Positions 9,502 through 18,842 of a stretch of DNA of 64,000 nucleotides are shown here, one piece after another. The stretch's first letter is position 1. Every line of letters starts with the position of its first letter. Under the pieces are notes generated by a model that was not told the DNA's origin, made no database searches, and saw only the letters and a list, made by a program, of their open reading frames with translations. Position numbers and translations under genes: made by a program. The stretch comes from an uncultured virus (IMG/VR IMGVR_UViG_3300045733_000484) (Duplodnaviria > Heunggongvirae > Uroviricota > Caudoviricetes): the IMG/VR virus record IMGVR_UViG_3300045733_000484; one strand, 5' to 3'.

Positions 9502-10878
9502 TTATTTCCATTCCATGAACTGACACCATTGAATTCTATGTAAGAATCTTATTATCGCGGAGTCCTTACTATCTCCACTTCTGTTAAGAGCAATCTCTAC
9601 TATCAAGAGCTTTCTTATAAGTTCTCCCCGGGAATATGGACCATCATTTAACTTGACATTTCCTTTTAATGTTTCTCTACTTACAAGATCCGGATAGAAC
9701 CCTGGTCTATGAAGAAGAATAGTAATGTTTGCAAAGTCCTGTATCCTGGTGGACCCTTTCAGATGTTCCAGTCTTGGTCTATAAGCATCTTTTAGACGAT
9801 CCTCATGTTCCATCTCTTTTGTCATATGATGAATAGGAAATATCAATCCTTTAGTCTCGTCACGGATCTCAAGTATTGTGCGTGCAATATAGTCATCTGT
9901 CTCGGTTTGTGAACGCAACTTATCTTTTAATAAACCGATATTATCTATTACCAGTATACATCGGTTAGACTTTCTCTTCTTACAGAACTCCTTAAACTCA
10001 TGCTTTACCTTCATTATAGTTATTGGAGATGTGGATATCTCGAAGGTAAGTTTTTTAAATTTCTTTGTTGACTCTTCAATCCTGAGTATGTCTTCAGTAG
10101 TAAGGGTATTTCCTTTTGACTGTATCTCATCGATAGTAATAGATATGTCTCTTGCTATGATCTCATAGATAACCTCCTTCTCATCAAGTTCAAAGGAATA
10201 GAACTTTACAGAGATAGATGGATCGATCTCAAGGATCTTCATAAGAAGATTTATAGTGAACTTTGTCTTTCCTATCTTCTTTGCAGCTGCAATAAGGACT
10301 ATCTTATTAAAGTCAAGTTTAACCAGGCTATCGAATCTATGATAACCGGTTCTTATAAATGGTATTATCCTTCCTTCATGACGGGCATATATCTCAATCA
10401 TGGCCCTGTCCATACTCTCTTCCATAGATACACCAAGATCTTCCCTGGGATCATATTGTTCGAGCTTCTCATAGAAATAATCTATTATCTGTCCTACGTT
10501 CCACTCAGGGAGCTTTTTTATTATCTCATTGGCAAGTATAAGTATTTTGTTTTTTGCATATATCTCATAAAGGAACTTAAACTGATACTTCCATATCATT
10601 TCATCATCATATGTAGCATCGAGTAAGTTAAACACAAACTCTATATGTTGTTCATTTCCGCTACTGGAGAATACGTCAGACAAGGAAGATCTACTTATCT
10701 CTTCATCATTTTCGAATATGAACTTAAGGGATTTCCAAAGTACTGTTCTAAATTGGTTCTGAAAGAAGTCGTCCGGGATCCTGGAGTTAAGAAAGATCAT
10801 CACGTTCTTATCCAGGAATGCCTGTTTTAGGATATTACTTTCATAGTTTACTATTCTGTTCTCTATGTTCGTCTCCAT
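9502..10878 (-). CDS. dnaB: DnaB-like replicative helicase
   Basis: TGY..FD, IAAAKKIGKT Walker A, YSFEL, LVIDNIGL, RP.LEHLKGS..IQDFA.I.ILLHRP, NRSG; likely start METNIENR at 10878. Confidence 0.85.
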   Translation of the reverse strand: METNIENRIVNYESNILKQAFLDKNVMIFLNSRIPDDFFQNQFRTVLWKSLKFIFENDEEISRSSLSDVFSSSGNEQHIEFVFNLLDATYDDEMIWKYQFKFLYEIYAKNKILILANEIIKKLPEWNVGQIIDYFYEKLEQYDPREDLGVSMEESMDRAMIEIYARHEGRIIPFIRTGYHRFDSLVKLDFNKIVLIAAAKKIGKTKFTINLLMKILEIDPSISVKFYSFELDEKEVIYEIIARDISITIDEIQSKGNTLTTEDILRIEESTKKFKKLTFEISTSPITIMKVKHEFKEFCKKRKSNRCILVIDNIGLLKDKLRSQTETDDYIARTILEIRDETKGLIFPIHHMTKEMEHEDRLKDAYRPRLEHLKGSTRIQDFANITILLHRPGFYPDLVSRETLKGNVKLNDGPYSRGELIRKLLIVEIALNRSGDSKDSAIIRFLHRIQWCQFMEWK

Positions 10879-11026
10879 TATCTTGTATTGCGTGAATGGA
10901 TACTTTTTCTCCATTATGAACGTGTAGATGAAACAGGGATAACATATCATCGAATGTATGAGGTCCTGTTTCTGTAAGTTCTCCTGTTTTCCAGGATACG
11001 AACTTAAGAAAATATTTAGTCTCCAT
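10841..11026 (-). CDS. Hypothetical protein
   Basis: Short packed ORF. Confidence 0.45.
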   Translation of the reverse strand: METKYFLKFVSWKTGELTETGPHTFDDMLSLFHLHVHNGEKVSIHAIQDNGDEHREQNSKL

Positions 11027-11348
11027 ATAGATATCTGTCTATAGAACTGTTTGAATGTGGAATGAAGTCCTCGTTATATCTTTTCTTTACTATGAACTTA
11101 GAAATTTCATCCGGCTTTGTCTGGTATCTCGCATCTCTATCGGAGTTGGTAGCTTTATAATATTGAAGATGCTCTTTATATTTTGCAAGGATTATATCAA
11201 ATGTCACAACACCTCCTCCTACAAGCATATCATCGTCTATTGCATGTATAAGCTCAGATAATGCATACTTATGTTCCCCTGCCTTGTTTAGTGGCCATAG
11301 TTCCTTAACGAACCTCTCTTCTGTCCTTATCTTTTCTTCAGGAGTCAT
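11016..11348 (-). CDS. Hypothetical protein
   Basis: 110-aa ORF with an ATGA overlap to the upstream gene. Confidence 0.6.
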   Translation of the reverse strand: MTPEEKIRTEERFVKELWPLNKAGEHKYALSELIHAIDDDMLVGGGVVTFDIILAKYKEHLQYYKATNSDRDARYQTKPDEISKFIVKKRYNEDFIPHSNSSIDRYLYGD

Positions 11349-12481
11349 AATTTTTTGTCTATTATAAGCATTACAGAGTTAACACCTGTAGCGTTGAAAG
11401 CATCTTTGAAGGCTTGGCCATTATCTATGAACCATCCATCGCGATCTTCTACCCATTCCCGGAACTCCTTAAACCTCTTTGTGGTATTTGAAGATACTCC
11501 ACCAGACATGATGGATATAAGTCGGCCACCACTCTTAAGATAGTTCTGATATATATACCGTACATGTAGAACATCCTGTCCTTTTTCAAATGGAGGATTC
11601 ATCAAGATAAGATCGAAAGCTTCATGCTTGAGCTCTGTTGTCTCAAGGATATCTTCATCAATTACATTATATCCTTTTAACTCTAAAAAGTTTGCCAGGG
11701 TATATTGTCTTTCTACACATGTTATACTTCCAGTAAATCCTTTCTCTCTTACTGCATCAGCGATATCTCCCATACCTGCTTCTGGTTCGAGGAAATTCTC
11801 TGAGTTTTCCAGATCTGCAAAGACCAGCATCTCATCAATAAGAGATTTAGGAGTAGGAAAGAATCCTGGTATATTCATCTTATGTATCTCTTTAGTCAGT
11901 TCTTTCATCTTTTCTTTAGCAATCTGCTCAGGAGTTTTTTCCTCAAGCATGTACTCACCAAGGAGAACTACCACTTGGTCATTGATCTCTTTACTTGTAA
12001 GGCCGATTGATATAGCTTTCTTTAATTTGATAGGATATTCTTTTATGTACCATTCACCACTATCTCCATCAGGTTTTTTAGGATATCCACCATTCCATAC
12101 TATGAACTCGATATCCTTAGCAGTTTTTATCTTTTTGAGGATATCTGGAATAGTCTGGTTCTCCCATTCAGTGATAAGACGAAGAATTATTTTTCTCCAG
12201 GCAAGTAACCGATCCTGTTTCTTTTGAGCATTATCGGCCTGTGTCTGTCTTTTATTTGTGAAGTTCCCGCTTATCTCGGTGTGACATGCCTCTGCCTGTT
12301 TAAGCAATGATTCAGCCGATTTAATAAGAGATACGATGATCTTGGTGTTATCTACCACCTTTATCTCTTTCTTTGGCAGGTCGCGCTCGCATGCCAGCAT
12401 AACAGGCATAACTACTGTTTCTATATTGGACACTCCTCCAAGATCGAAGAGCATCTGTCCTTCAACTATTCTTCTCATCAT
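11345..12481 (-). CDS. N6-adenine DNA methyltransferase
   Basis: FFPTP, LEPEAGMG (SAM-binding motif I) and ILMNPPF (motif IV). Confidence 0.85.
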   Translation of the reverse strand: MMRRIVEGQMLFDLGGVSNIETVVMPVMLACERDLPKKEIKVVDNTKIIVSLIKSAESLLKQAEACHTEISGNFTNKRQTQADNAQKKQDRLLAWRKIILRLITEWENQTIPDILKKIKTAKDIEFIVWNGGYPKKPDGDSGEWYIKEYPIKLKKAISIGLTSKEINDQVVVLLGEYMLEEKTPEQIAKEKMKELTKEIHKMNIPGFFPTPKSLIDEMLVFADLENSENFLEPEAGMGDIADAVREKGFTGSITCVERQYTLANFLELKGYNVIDEDILETTELKHEAFDLILMNPPFEKGQDVLHVRYIYQNYLKSGGRLISIMSGGVSSNTTKRFKEFREWVEDRDGWFIDNGQAFKDAFNATGVNSVMLIIDKKL

Positions 12482-12800
12482 AAGTCTTTATAAAGTTTAT
12501 AAAATCTGCAAGAAATACATCAAGAAAGAATACTCCACCTTCCTTGGCATATATTGGACCATTGAGGACATTAGCAGCTTTAATATATTCTCTTGCCAAT
12601 GTTATAGAATCTGGTTCTTTGTTCAGAATAGGTCTCATGTACCATCTTACTTCTTTCATCCATACCATCTCTGACTGACCTTTCTTGAATTCATAGACAG
12701 TCTTAAAGCCGGATCGATTACAGAAGTATTCACCATCAATCTTAGGTAATTTCGTTTTGTCACCATTGATGTATACTTTTATTGAGGATTCTTTACTCAT
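12462..12800 (-). CDS. Hypothetical protein
   Basis: Packed ORF. Confidence 0.6.
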   Translation of the reverse strand: MSKESSIKVYINGDKTKLPKIDGEYFCNRSGFKTVYEFKKGQSEMVWMKEVRWYMRPILNKEPDSITLAREYIKAANVLNGPIYAKEGGVFFLDVFLADFINFIKTYDEKNS

Positions 12801-13585
12801 TTCTTCTTCTTATTTTCTTCAATGATACAAGCGTTATAGTTTACCAGTTCATTCATAAGATCTTCTAATTGATGAACATTATATTCCTGGCATCCTACAC
12901 TAAATGTCCTTACAGTTATCTTCTGTGATCCTTTATCTCCTTTTCGAAAAGTAGTTATTTTTTCCCATTGATCTCCTACCAGAGTATGGTATAAGTCATT
13001 AATGTTTCCATAGAAGGTATTATCTGATTTGTTGTATATAGTTCCTTCTTTGGTTATTTTGAGAACTTGGAAATTTCCGGAAATAGATCTTATGACGTAA
13101 TTGTTCATGCAGGAGATAGCAACCTCTGTATCTGTCGGATAACGAGTATATACTTTAGGATTATCTTTTACAGCTTGTGGAGTACATTCATTTTCTACAA
13201 GACGAAAACAATAGTTCTCACTTATCTTTGCCTGGGAAGATTTCATGTCTTCATGATTTACTATTTTCATGGCAGTTTTAGTAATTTCATTGAAGACCCA
13301 TTCACCTAAAAGTGGGCTGAACTTAGGTACTGGTTCAAACCATTCAAGGTTATCTATCACCCAGTCTTTATGGATAAGGTTATGAATAGTGTTAATAAAT
13401 TCATTGCTTTCAGGAAAGAAGTATTCATTGTCAGGACCCATTCTGAAGATCTCACCAGCCTCTACCCATGGCATATCTTTAAGTAGTCTGTAATTCTGAT
13501 ATATAGGTTTACCTTTTGGTAATCCTTCAGATTTAAGATCTTTTTCTACCTCCTTGAAAAAATTATCATCTTTCATAATTATCAT
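12797..13585 (-). CDS. Hypothetical protein
   Basis: 262 aa; YRLLKDMPW..AGEIF motif. Confidence 0.65.
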   Translation of the reverse strand: MIIMKDDNFFKEVEKDLKSEGLPKGKPIYQNYRLLKDMPWVEAGEIFRMGPDNEYFFPESNEFINTIHNLIHKDWVIDNLEWFEPVPKFSPLLGEWVFNEITKTAMKIVNHEDMKSSQAKISENYCFRLVENECTPQAVKDNPKVYTRYPTDTEVAISCMNNYVIRSISGNFQVLKITKEGTIYNKSDNTFYGNINDLYHTLVGDQWEKITTFRKGDKGSQKITVRTFSVGCQEYNVHQLEDLMNELVNYNACIIEENKKKK

Positions 13586-14208
13586 TTTAGTAATCTATAA
13601 AATGTATATCCGGCTCTCATCTGACAATATAAGATATCACTTAAGAACCCTACATCATATCCTATCATCCAATGTTTTATCTGTGCCTGTAATCCAATAT
13701 CCACACCCCAGTTATTGGTCATATTTTGATCAGCATTGAAGATCCCGGGCATGCTTACAAACACATCATTATGCCAGTTATATGCAAGACCAGCATATGG
13801 CATGAGATGTAATCTGGAAAATCCTGTAGGAAGCGTTACAGATCCTCCCAGGGTAACTCTTCTTTCCCATGGATAGGTATTAAAGGCCATGTTGGTTCGT
13901 ACTGTCTGAGATACTCCAAAGAACATCCCATATGGTACTTTCTGAAGTAGATATCCATATCTGAATCCTGTTGCAGTATTCCGGTAGTTGTAAGTGACCT
14001 GTAATGACTGAGGATATAGTCCCCTGTTCTCGTCAATCCAGCGCTGACCATGTGCTTTTGGTACACATGTAAAAACAAGTATGAATATTGCAATAAAGGC
14101 TGCAAGTATGATCCATATATCTTCTACTCCATGATTTTCTGTTGACCATGATTTGATCCATAGATCAATAGGTCCTTCTTGTCTGAAAGTCTTCTTAAAC
14201 CAGTTCAT
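13582..14208 (-). CDS. Putative outer-membrane beta-barrel protein
   Basis: Hydrophobic segment ending in AHG/Q, alternating aromatic/Gly strands (PYAGLAY, WGVDIG), C-terminal AGYTF. Confidence 0.55.
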   Translation of the reverse strand: MNWFKKTFRQEGPIDLWIKSWSTENHGVEDIWIILAAFIAIFILVFTCVPKAHGQRWIDENRGLYPQSLQVTYNYRNTATGFRYGYLLQKVPYGMFFGVSQTVRTNMAFNTYPWERRVTLGGSVTLPTGFSRLHLMPYAGLAYNWHNDVFVSMPGIFNADQNMTNNWGVDIGLQAQIKHWMIGYDVGFLSDILYCQMRAGYTFYRLLK

Positions 14209-14211
14209 ATT

Positions 14212-14613
14212 TTAGAAATTAAAAGTTTTTTGTATTTGCTCACTTTTCATTATTTTGAAAGAGAGAAGTTGTCTGTGTATTGCATGACGTACCTTGGCAA
14301 TATGTTTTAATCTATCGTCAAGGCTGTCCAGATAAGCTTTAAGCTCGTCAGGGTCATTTGTAATATAATACCCGTTTGATGTAGCAATAAGCTGGGAAAT
14401 TGTATCAGAAACACGTAAAATGTGTATCATATGCCTCACTCTTGGTTCAGAGGTCTTCATATCTACAAACTTCAGTTTCCATACGATCTGCTTATTTGTT
14501 ATGGCATTTTCCTTACCTATTGTTGTAGATAAAATATCATGAACAATAGGAAGGATAAACTCTTGTTCGTACTCGGTGAGCTCACCGGTATATTCTTCAA
14601 ATCCTTTAATCAT
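14212..14613 (-). CDS. Winged-helix DNA-binding protein
   Basis: GKENAIT..QI...R.VRHMI..LR...IATSNGYY pattern. Confidence 0.65.
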   Translation of the reverse strand: MIKGFEEYTGELTEYEQEFILPIVHDILSTTIGKENAITNKQIVWKLKFVDMKTSEPRVRHMIHILRVSDTISQLIATSNGYYITNDPDELKAYLDSLDDRLKHIAKVRHAIHRQLLSFKIMKSEQIQKTFNF

Positions 14614-14890
14614 CTGTATTTGCTATTTCATTCATGTTTGATCTTATAAAGTCTGAAGCTTCCTTACCATACTTTAGTTCAATGTATAGTCCCATGGATA
14701 CATTCTGTTGATCCTTATAGGTACACTTATCAGAATTATACTCACGATCATGTCTTTCAAGTTCATGATCCAGTTTAATGATATCTATGCATGCATGTGT
14801 AGGGCCCTTTACCATAGTCATGATCATATCCAGAGGTACGCTAAAAGGAAAGTAACTCCGGAACCGTTTATTAAGATCGTGTATAGTCAT
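14606..14890 (-). CDS. Hypothetical protein
   Basis: Packed ORF. Confidence 0.6.
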   Translation of the reverse strand: MTIHDLNKRFRSYFPFSVPLDMIMTMVKGPTHACIDIIKLDHELERHDREYNSDKCTYKDQQNVSMGLYIELKYGKEASDFIRSNMNEIANTDD

Positions 14891-15135
14891 TTGTTTAGTT
14901 TTAGAATTTGTTTATCAAGCCATTTTAAGCGAGGTTTCCAATATCCTTTTTGCCAAAAATAAGGCCACCATCTATTATTAAGAGAATGAGTTTTTATGTA
15001 ATCCCAAATCCTATCTTTTTCATCTTCTGTTATTATGCTGTGATTAACAAGATTCGATGCCAAATAACATAGTCCGGAAGAAAATAGGTCTGTATTTGCT
15101 TTCATAATAATAAGTAACTCTTTGGTTGTTCTCAT
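14887..15135 (-). CDS. Hypothetical protein
   Basis: Packed ORF with ATGA overlaps. Confidence 0.6.
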   Translation of the reverse strand: MRTTKELLIIMKANTDLFSSGLCYLASNLVNHSIITEDEKDRIWDYIKTHSLNNRWWPYFWQKGYWKPRLKWLDKQILKLNK

Positions 15136-15557
15136 TTCTTTACGAATATTACGTCAGATAATCTACCATTCTTGCCTTTTGAACAGCTGGGAATCTTTGC
15201 TTCTACTCGAGGATCCCAACACATCATTCCCCAATCAGTATATTTCTCTTTGAAGAAACATCCATTACATCCATTCTTGGATTCTTTCTCGACAAGCATC
15301 AATCCTTTAAAGTCATACTCAGGCATTATCTTGGCAGGTATAGCAAGGAAATAATGATCATCATTCATTGGTGATCTCTCTACGGTTTCCCATTTAAACC
15401 CGTATTTCTTTCCAAGCTCTACCCATATCCTGTTAGCGCGTTCCTGTTTATCCAGGCCCAGCCATACTCCGACAAAGATCACTGGTGTCTTGTCTTTGGA
15501 GATGTCATAGATGGCCTGTAGCTCATCTTCATTCATTTGAAATTCTTGTTTGCTCAT
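15132..15557 (-). CDS. Hypothetical protein
   Basis: CNGCFF...C...VIFVK C-terminal Cys motif. Confidence 0.6.
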   Translation of the reverse strand: MSKQEFQMNEDELQAIYDISKDKTPVIFVGVWLGLDKQERANRIWVELGKKYGFKWETVERSPMNDDHYFLAIPAKIMPEYDFKGLMLVEKESKNGCNGCFFKEKYTDWGMMCWDPRVEAKIPSCSKGKNGRLSDVIFVKK

Positions 15558-15568
15558 ATTGTGGATTA

Positions 15569-15829
15569 TTAAAATGGTAGTTCTGGTCTTCCTTCAGAAA
15601 TTATTGATTCAGTTATTATGCAACATTCAGTAGCAGTTACTCGCATGTCAAGGTTATATACATGAGGTATTACACCATGATCGTCAAGTAAGCCTGCTGA
15701 GTCTATCTTAAGCTGATCTATCTTTTTTAAAGCTCTTTGTAAAGAGGATTCGTGGAACACATTTATAACCTTATTGTCTTTGGTTACATCACATTGCTCT
15801 ATGAAGAAGTCAAGTAATATTGCTTTCAT
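15569..15829 (-). CDS. Hypothetical protein
   Basis: Packed ORF. Confidence 0.55.
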   Translation of the reverse strand: MKAILLDFFIEQCDVTKDNKVINVFHESSLQRALKKIDQLKIDSAGLLDDHGVIPHVYNLDMRVTATECCIITESIISEGRPELPF

Positions 15830-16182
15830 ACATATATCAATTTGAGATTGTCCTTTATATACTCATTGATACCAATATTAGGATCCTTTGGCAATTGGAA
15901 GATACCAAAGTCGAATAATAGTTTCGAAAGATTCATCTGCTCATGAAGATTTTCGAAGTTCCCATCTTTATCAACGCCTACGATACGGCCATTGATCTTC
16001 TGGATGAAGAGTACTGTTCTACCATCATCGGTTTGTTTAATCAGTAATGCCTTATGCTTGTCCGGGTCATATTGGAATTCATAGCCCATGTACTTGGCAA
16101 AACCAATCATACTCATTTTCTCCCTGAACGATATGTCAGGGCATTCGAGATGGTAAGCGGATTTTTTTGATTCATTTTTCAT
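15826..16182 (-). CDS. Hypothetical protein
   Basis: Packed ORF. Confidence 0.6.
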   Translation of the reverse strand: MKNESKKSAYHLECPDISFREKMSMIGFAKYMGYEFQYDPDKHKALLIKQTDDGRTVLFIQKINGRIVGVDKDGNFENLHEQMNLSKLLFDFGIFQLPKDPNIGINEYIKDNLKLIYV

Positions 16183-16460
16183 TCTGTTGCTTTTTTAACT
16201 GCTTCATCAATTATTTTTTGTGCGTTTTTCCAATCACCACCAAAGATTAGTTCTTCTCTGGCCATAAGACATGCACCAAGAAGATCAGGAGCTGCAGTAA
16301 TAAGTTTCATATTGGCAAGTTGTTCTTCCTTATGGAATTCTCCATTTTGCCAGAATCCTATTACCCATCTAAGTCTTTTAGTATCTATTTCCTTTTCAAG
16401 TATAGAATATGATCCATCTCCATTTTCATGGAATGTCCAGGGACCTTTTGTGTGTTTCAT
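16179..16460 (-). CDS. Phage hypothetical protein (HTxGPW...AAPDLL type)
   Basis: MKHTKGPW...ANMKLITAAPDLL motif. Confidence 0.7.
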   Translation of the reverse strand: MKHTKGPWTFHENGDGSYSILEKEIDTKRLRWVIGFWQNGEFHKEEQLANMKLITAAPDLLGACLMAREELIFGGDWKNAQKIIDEAVKKATE

Positions 16461-16810
16461 AGCAGTTCCTTTAGTTTTTCTATTACTTTAGGATGAACCA
16501 TGATCTTCTCTTTACAGATAAAGAAAAATCCTTTCATGATTATCTCATCGAGCATCTTGTCAAGATTGGTTATCTCAGTCTGGCTTATCTTTTCTATAAT
16601 CTTTTGGTGTTGATGTTTAAAGTCATAGAAGATAGTATTAAGATTACCATCTCTTCTTAGTGTACTCATGCTTATAGTAAAGCATTTAGGCTGCCCTTGT
16701 ACTCTTGTGATATCAGGATTATCCGGGAAAGCAAGTATCTTCTGAATAATTCCTGCTTTGATAGATATCTCCTTAGTTTTTAATTCGGATATTGTTTCTT
16801 TTAAGCCCAT
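16457..16810 (-). CDS. Hypothetical protein
   Basis: Packed ORF. Confidence 0.6.
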   Translation of the reverse strand: MGLKETISELKTKEISIKAGIIQKILAFPDNPDITRVQGQPKCFTISMSTLRRDGNLNTIFYDFKHQHQKIIEKISQTEITNLDKMLDEIIMKGFFFICKEKIMVHPKVIEKLKELL

Positions 16811-17070
16811 GGTAGATAGAATTTCTTTTTTCCTAATTCTTGTGAGGACAATCCGGCTTTACAGTTACATTTATTTGTTTTCTTTCCGGATCCACATCTG
16901 CATAGATCGATACCCCAGTGATTGACACAATAGTTACAGTTTCCCCAGGATCCTGTTTCTGGTTTCAGTTTAGGAAAAGTCTCTTTAAACTTTTTCTTTG
17001 GCATTGATGTGGAAGCTCCATCATCAAATGTCACTGTTACTGCTCCGCATACACATCTGTTTGCTATCAT
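16801..17070 (-). CDS. Cys-rich hypothetical protein
   Basis: CVC, CNYC and C.CGSGK...C (SEC-C-like) motifs. Confidence 0.6.
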   Translation of the reverse strand: MIANRCVCGAVTVTFDDGASTSMPKKKFKETFPKLKPETGSWGNCNYCVNHWGIDLCRCGSGKKTNKCNCKAGLSSQELGKKKFYLPWA

Positions 17071-17291
17071 TAGAATGCTTTTAGTATAAAGTTAAGATCT
17101 ATAGTGTATAGTTGATTATGATGATGTTCTATGTCTCCCAATGCTATTGAAGTCTGGTCTACAGATGAACATCTTGGTCCGAGCAACATGACTACCATAT
17201 CTTCCATATCATGAGTATAGTCAGTTCCTGTAAAGCTGTGAGATTCTTTATATTGCTTATGCGGATTCTCCATATGAACCTGTTTTCTCAT
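17070..17291 (-). CDS. Hypothetical protein
   Basis: Packed ORF. Confidence 0.5.
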   Translation of the reverse strand: MRKQVHMENPHKQYKESHSFTGTDYTHDMEDMVVMLLGPRCSSVDQTSIALGDIEHHHNQLYTIDLNFILKAF

Positions 17292-17292
17292 A

Positions 17293-17814
17293 TCAATAGT
17301 TTTTTACATATAGCCGGATCCTGTCTTTATCTTTTTCAATAAGCTTGATATCATTATCAATTTTCATGTTGATTATAACGTCAATAGGCCAGTTGGCATA
17401 TATGAAATCATCAAATATAAATTCACTTGTAAGAAGCCATTTAAGAACCTTATCATCATGTTCATGTATATGTTCCAGATCACAAGCTAAACCGTCTATC
17501 TGAGCATGCATGATGTCTGTAGTGCCATCCAATATCTTTGTAAGATCCCGGATGATATCAACTTGTCTGTTTACTATCTTTTGGTAGTTCTTATTCTTTT
17601 TTTTGAATACAGTCAGGATCCTTTCAATCTTTGTTCCCATGAACAATGGAAAGTCAGATTTAATATTGTATACCATGGTATTTACATCAACATCAACATT
17701 TTTACTTAGATATGGAGTCAAAAATGTCTTTGTATAACTATCTTTGGCCTGGAGTAATTTCAATAATCTTTCTCCTATATGGTCAATAATTTCAATTTCA
17801 TTATCTTTTGTCAT
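17293..17814 (-). CDS. Hypothetical protein
   Basis: 173-aa ORF. Confidence 0.6.
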   Translation of the reverse strand: MTKDNEIEIIDHIGERLLKLLQAKDSYTKTFLTPYLSKNVDVDVNTMVYNIKSDFPLFMGTKIERILTVFKKKNKNYQKIVNRQVDIIRDLTKILDGTTDIMHAQIDGLACDLEHIHEHDDKVLKWLLTSEFIFDDFIYANWPIDVIINMKIDNDIKLIEKDKDRIRLYVKNY

Positions 17815-17827
17815 ATTGTGGATTATT

Positions 17828-18097
17828 ATGGTTGATAAAAAGTACGTTAGAGACTATAATAAAAGAGTTCAGAAAATTCTTTTAGAAGAACATGGCATTC
17901 GAATAGATCAGAAAGATATCGATACCATAAATACTTTTCTGTTCAGAAATATAGTGTTTTCACTAATGAGAAAAGTAGATGTTCATATACATGGATTTTT
18001 GTATTTTAAGACAAATGTCTATAGAAAAATGGTACAGTTTCTTCAAGAGAAAAAGAGAGCCCTGGGAAAATCCACAATAAACCCAGGGCACTCATAA
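17828..18097 (+). CDS. Possible HU/IHF-like DNA-binding protein
   Basis: IDQKDIDTINTFLFRNIVFSL...VDVHIHGFLYFK resembles the HU/IHF helices and the V.I.GF..F strand; fills a gap in the minus-strand run. Confidence 0.4.
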   Translation: MVDKKYVRDYNKRVQKILLEEHGIRIDQKDIDTINTFLFRNIVFSLMRKVDVHIHGFLYFKTNVYRKMVQFLQEKKRALGKSTINPGHS

Positions 18098-18127
18098 AGA
18101 AGAGCTGAGTAGGACCCTTCTTTTAAC

Positions 18128-18490
18128 TCAGTCACCTAATTTTTTAAGAGTGTCATCAAACCTCTCTTTAGCTTCTTCTGCTATCTCTTCAGTTGTCATA
18201 GTATAAGAGAATGTTGCTATGTGTATTCCTTCGGCCCATAGATAGAAGTTCAGTTTCCTGTCCATTATGAATTTAGTCTTTGTAGACATTTCCTTGATCA
18301 TGATATCATATTCTCTTTTAGATATGCTGATATCAACCTCTCTTGGCTTTTCTTGATATACCCTTAACATAACGTCTTCGTTGTAGTCCTTAACGAGAAT
18401 ATATTCTGTTGCTGTAAAGAGATTCAGTCTTATACGGGTACCGTGTATCCCGTAAGATATCTGAAGGTTAAGAGGCCTGCCTTTTTTCAT
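18128..18490 (-). CDS. Hypothetical protein
   Basis: 120-aa ORF. Confidence 0.55.
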   Translation of the reverse strand: MKKGRPLNLQISYGIHGTRIRLNLFTATEYILVKDYNEDVMLRVYQEKPREVDISISKREYDIMIKEMSTKTKFIMDRKLNFYLWAEGIHIATFSYTMTTEEIAEEAKERFDDTLKKLGD

Positions 18491-18710
18491 TTAATAGGAT
18501 TTTAAGCGTTTGATATTCCTCAGGTAAAAAGTTCTCCCATTTTGCGTTTTGTAAAATTTCGTCAAGATCTTCTGTCATCTCTCCGATTTTATGACTATAA
18601 AACTCTTGGATATTAAGCATTTTCTCCTGCGCCTCGACTTCCATTAAGTCCATGGCATTTTTTATTTGTTCCGGAGACAACAAATTTATAATAATTTCAC
18701 TCGTTTTCAT
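18468..18710 (-). CDS. Hypothetical protein
   Basis: 80-aa ORF; its leader is nearly identical to that of the Cas7-like gene. Confidence 0.55.
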   Translation of the reverse strand: MKTSEIIINLLSPEQIKNAMDLMEVEAQEKMLNIQEFYSHKIGEMTEDLDEILQNAKWENFLPEEYQTLKILLNEKRQAS

Positions 18711-18730
18711 CTTTGTAGATTTTTAAATTA

Positions 18731-18766
18731 ATAAAATAAAGAAGGGGAGAGTAATCTCCCCTTCTT
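18731..18766 (-). terminator. Intrinsic terminator closing the RAMP/array cassette
   Basis: 12-bp perfect stem AAGAAGGGGAGA-TTAC-TCTCCCCTTCTT followed by TATTTTAT on the minus strand. Confidence 0.75.
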
Positions 18767-18767
18767 C

Positions 18768-18842
18768 ACGTCACTGTACAACACAACGCTTAACAGTACG
18801 CAACAATACCACACTGCACTTAGCATTACATTAAAACACTTT
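18768..18842 (-). repeat. Downstream 5-nt-periodic array unit (13 pentamers plus delimiter); putative guide RNA
   Basis: Plus strand: acgtc actgt acaac acaac gctta acagt acgca acaat accac actgc actta gcatt acatt aaaac acttt. Confidence 0.85.
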
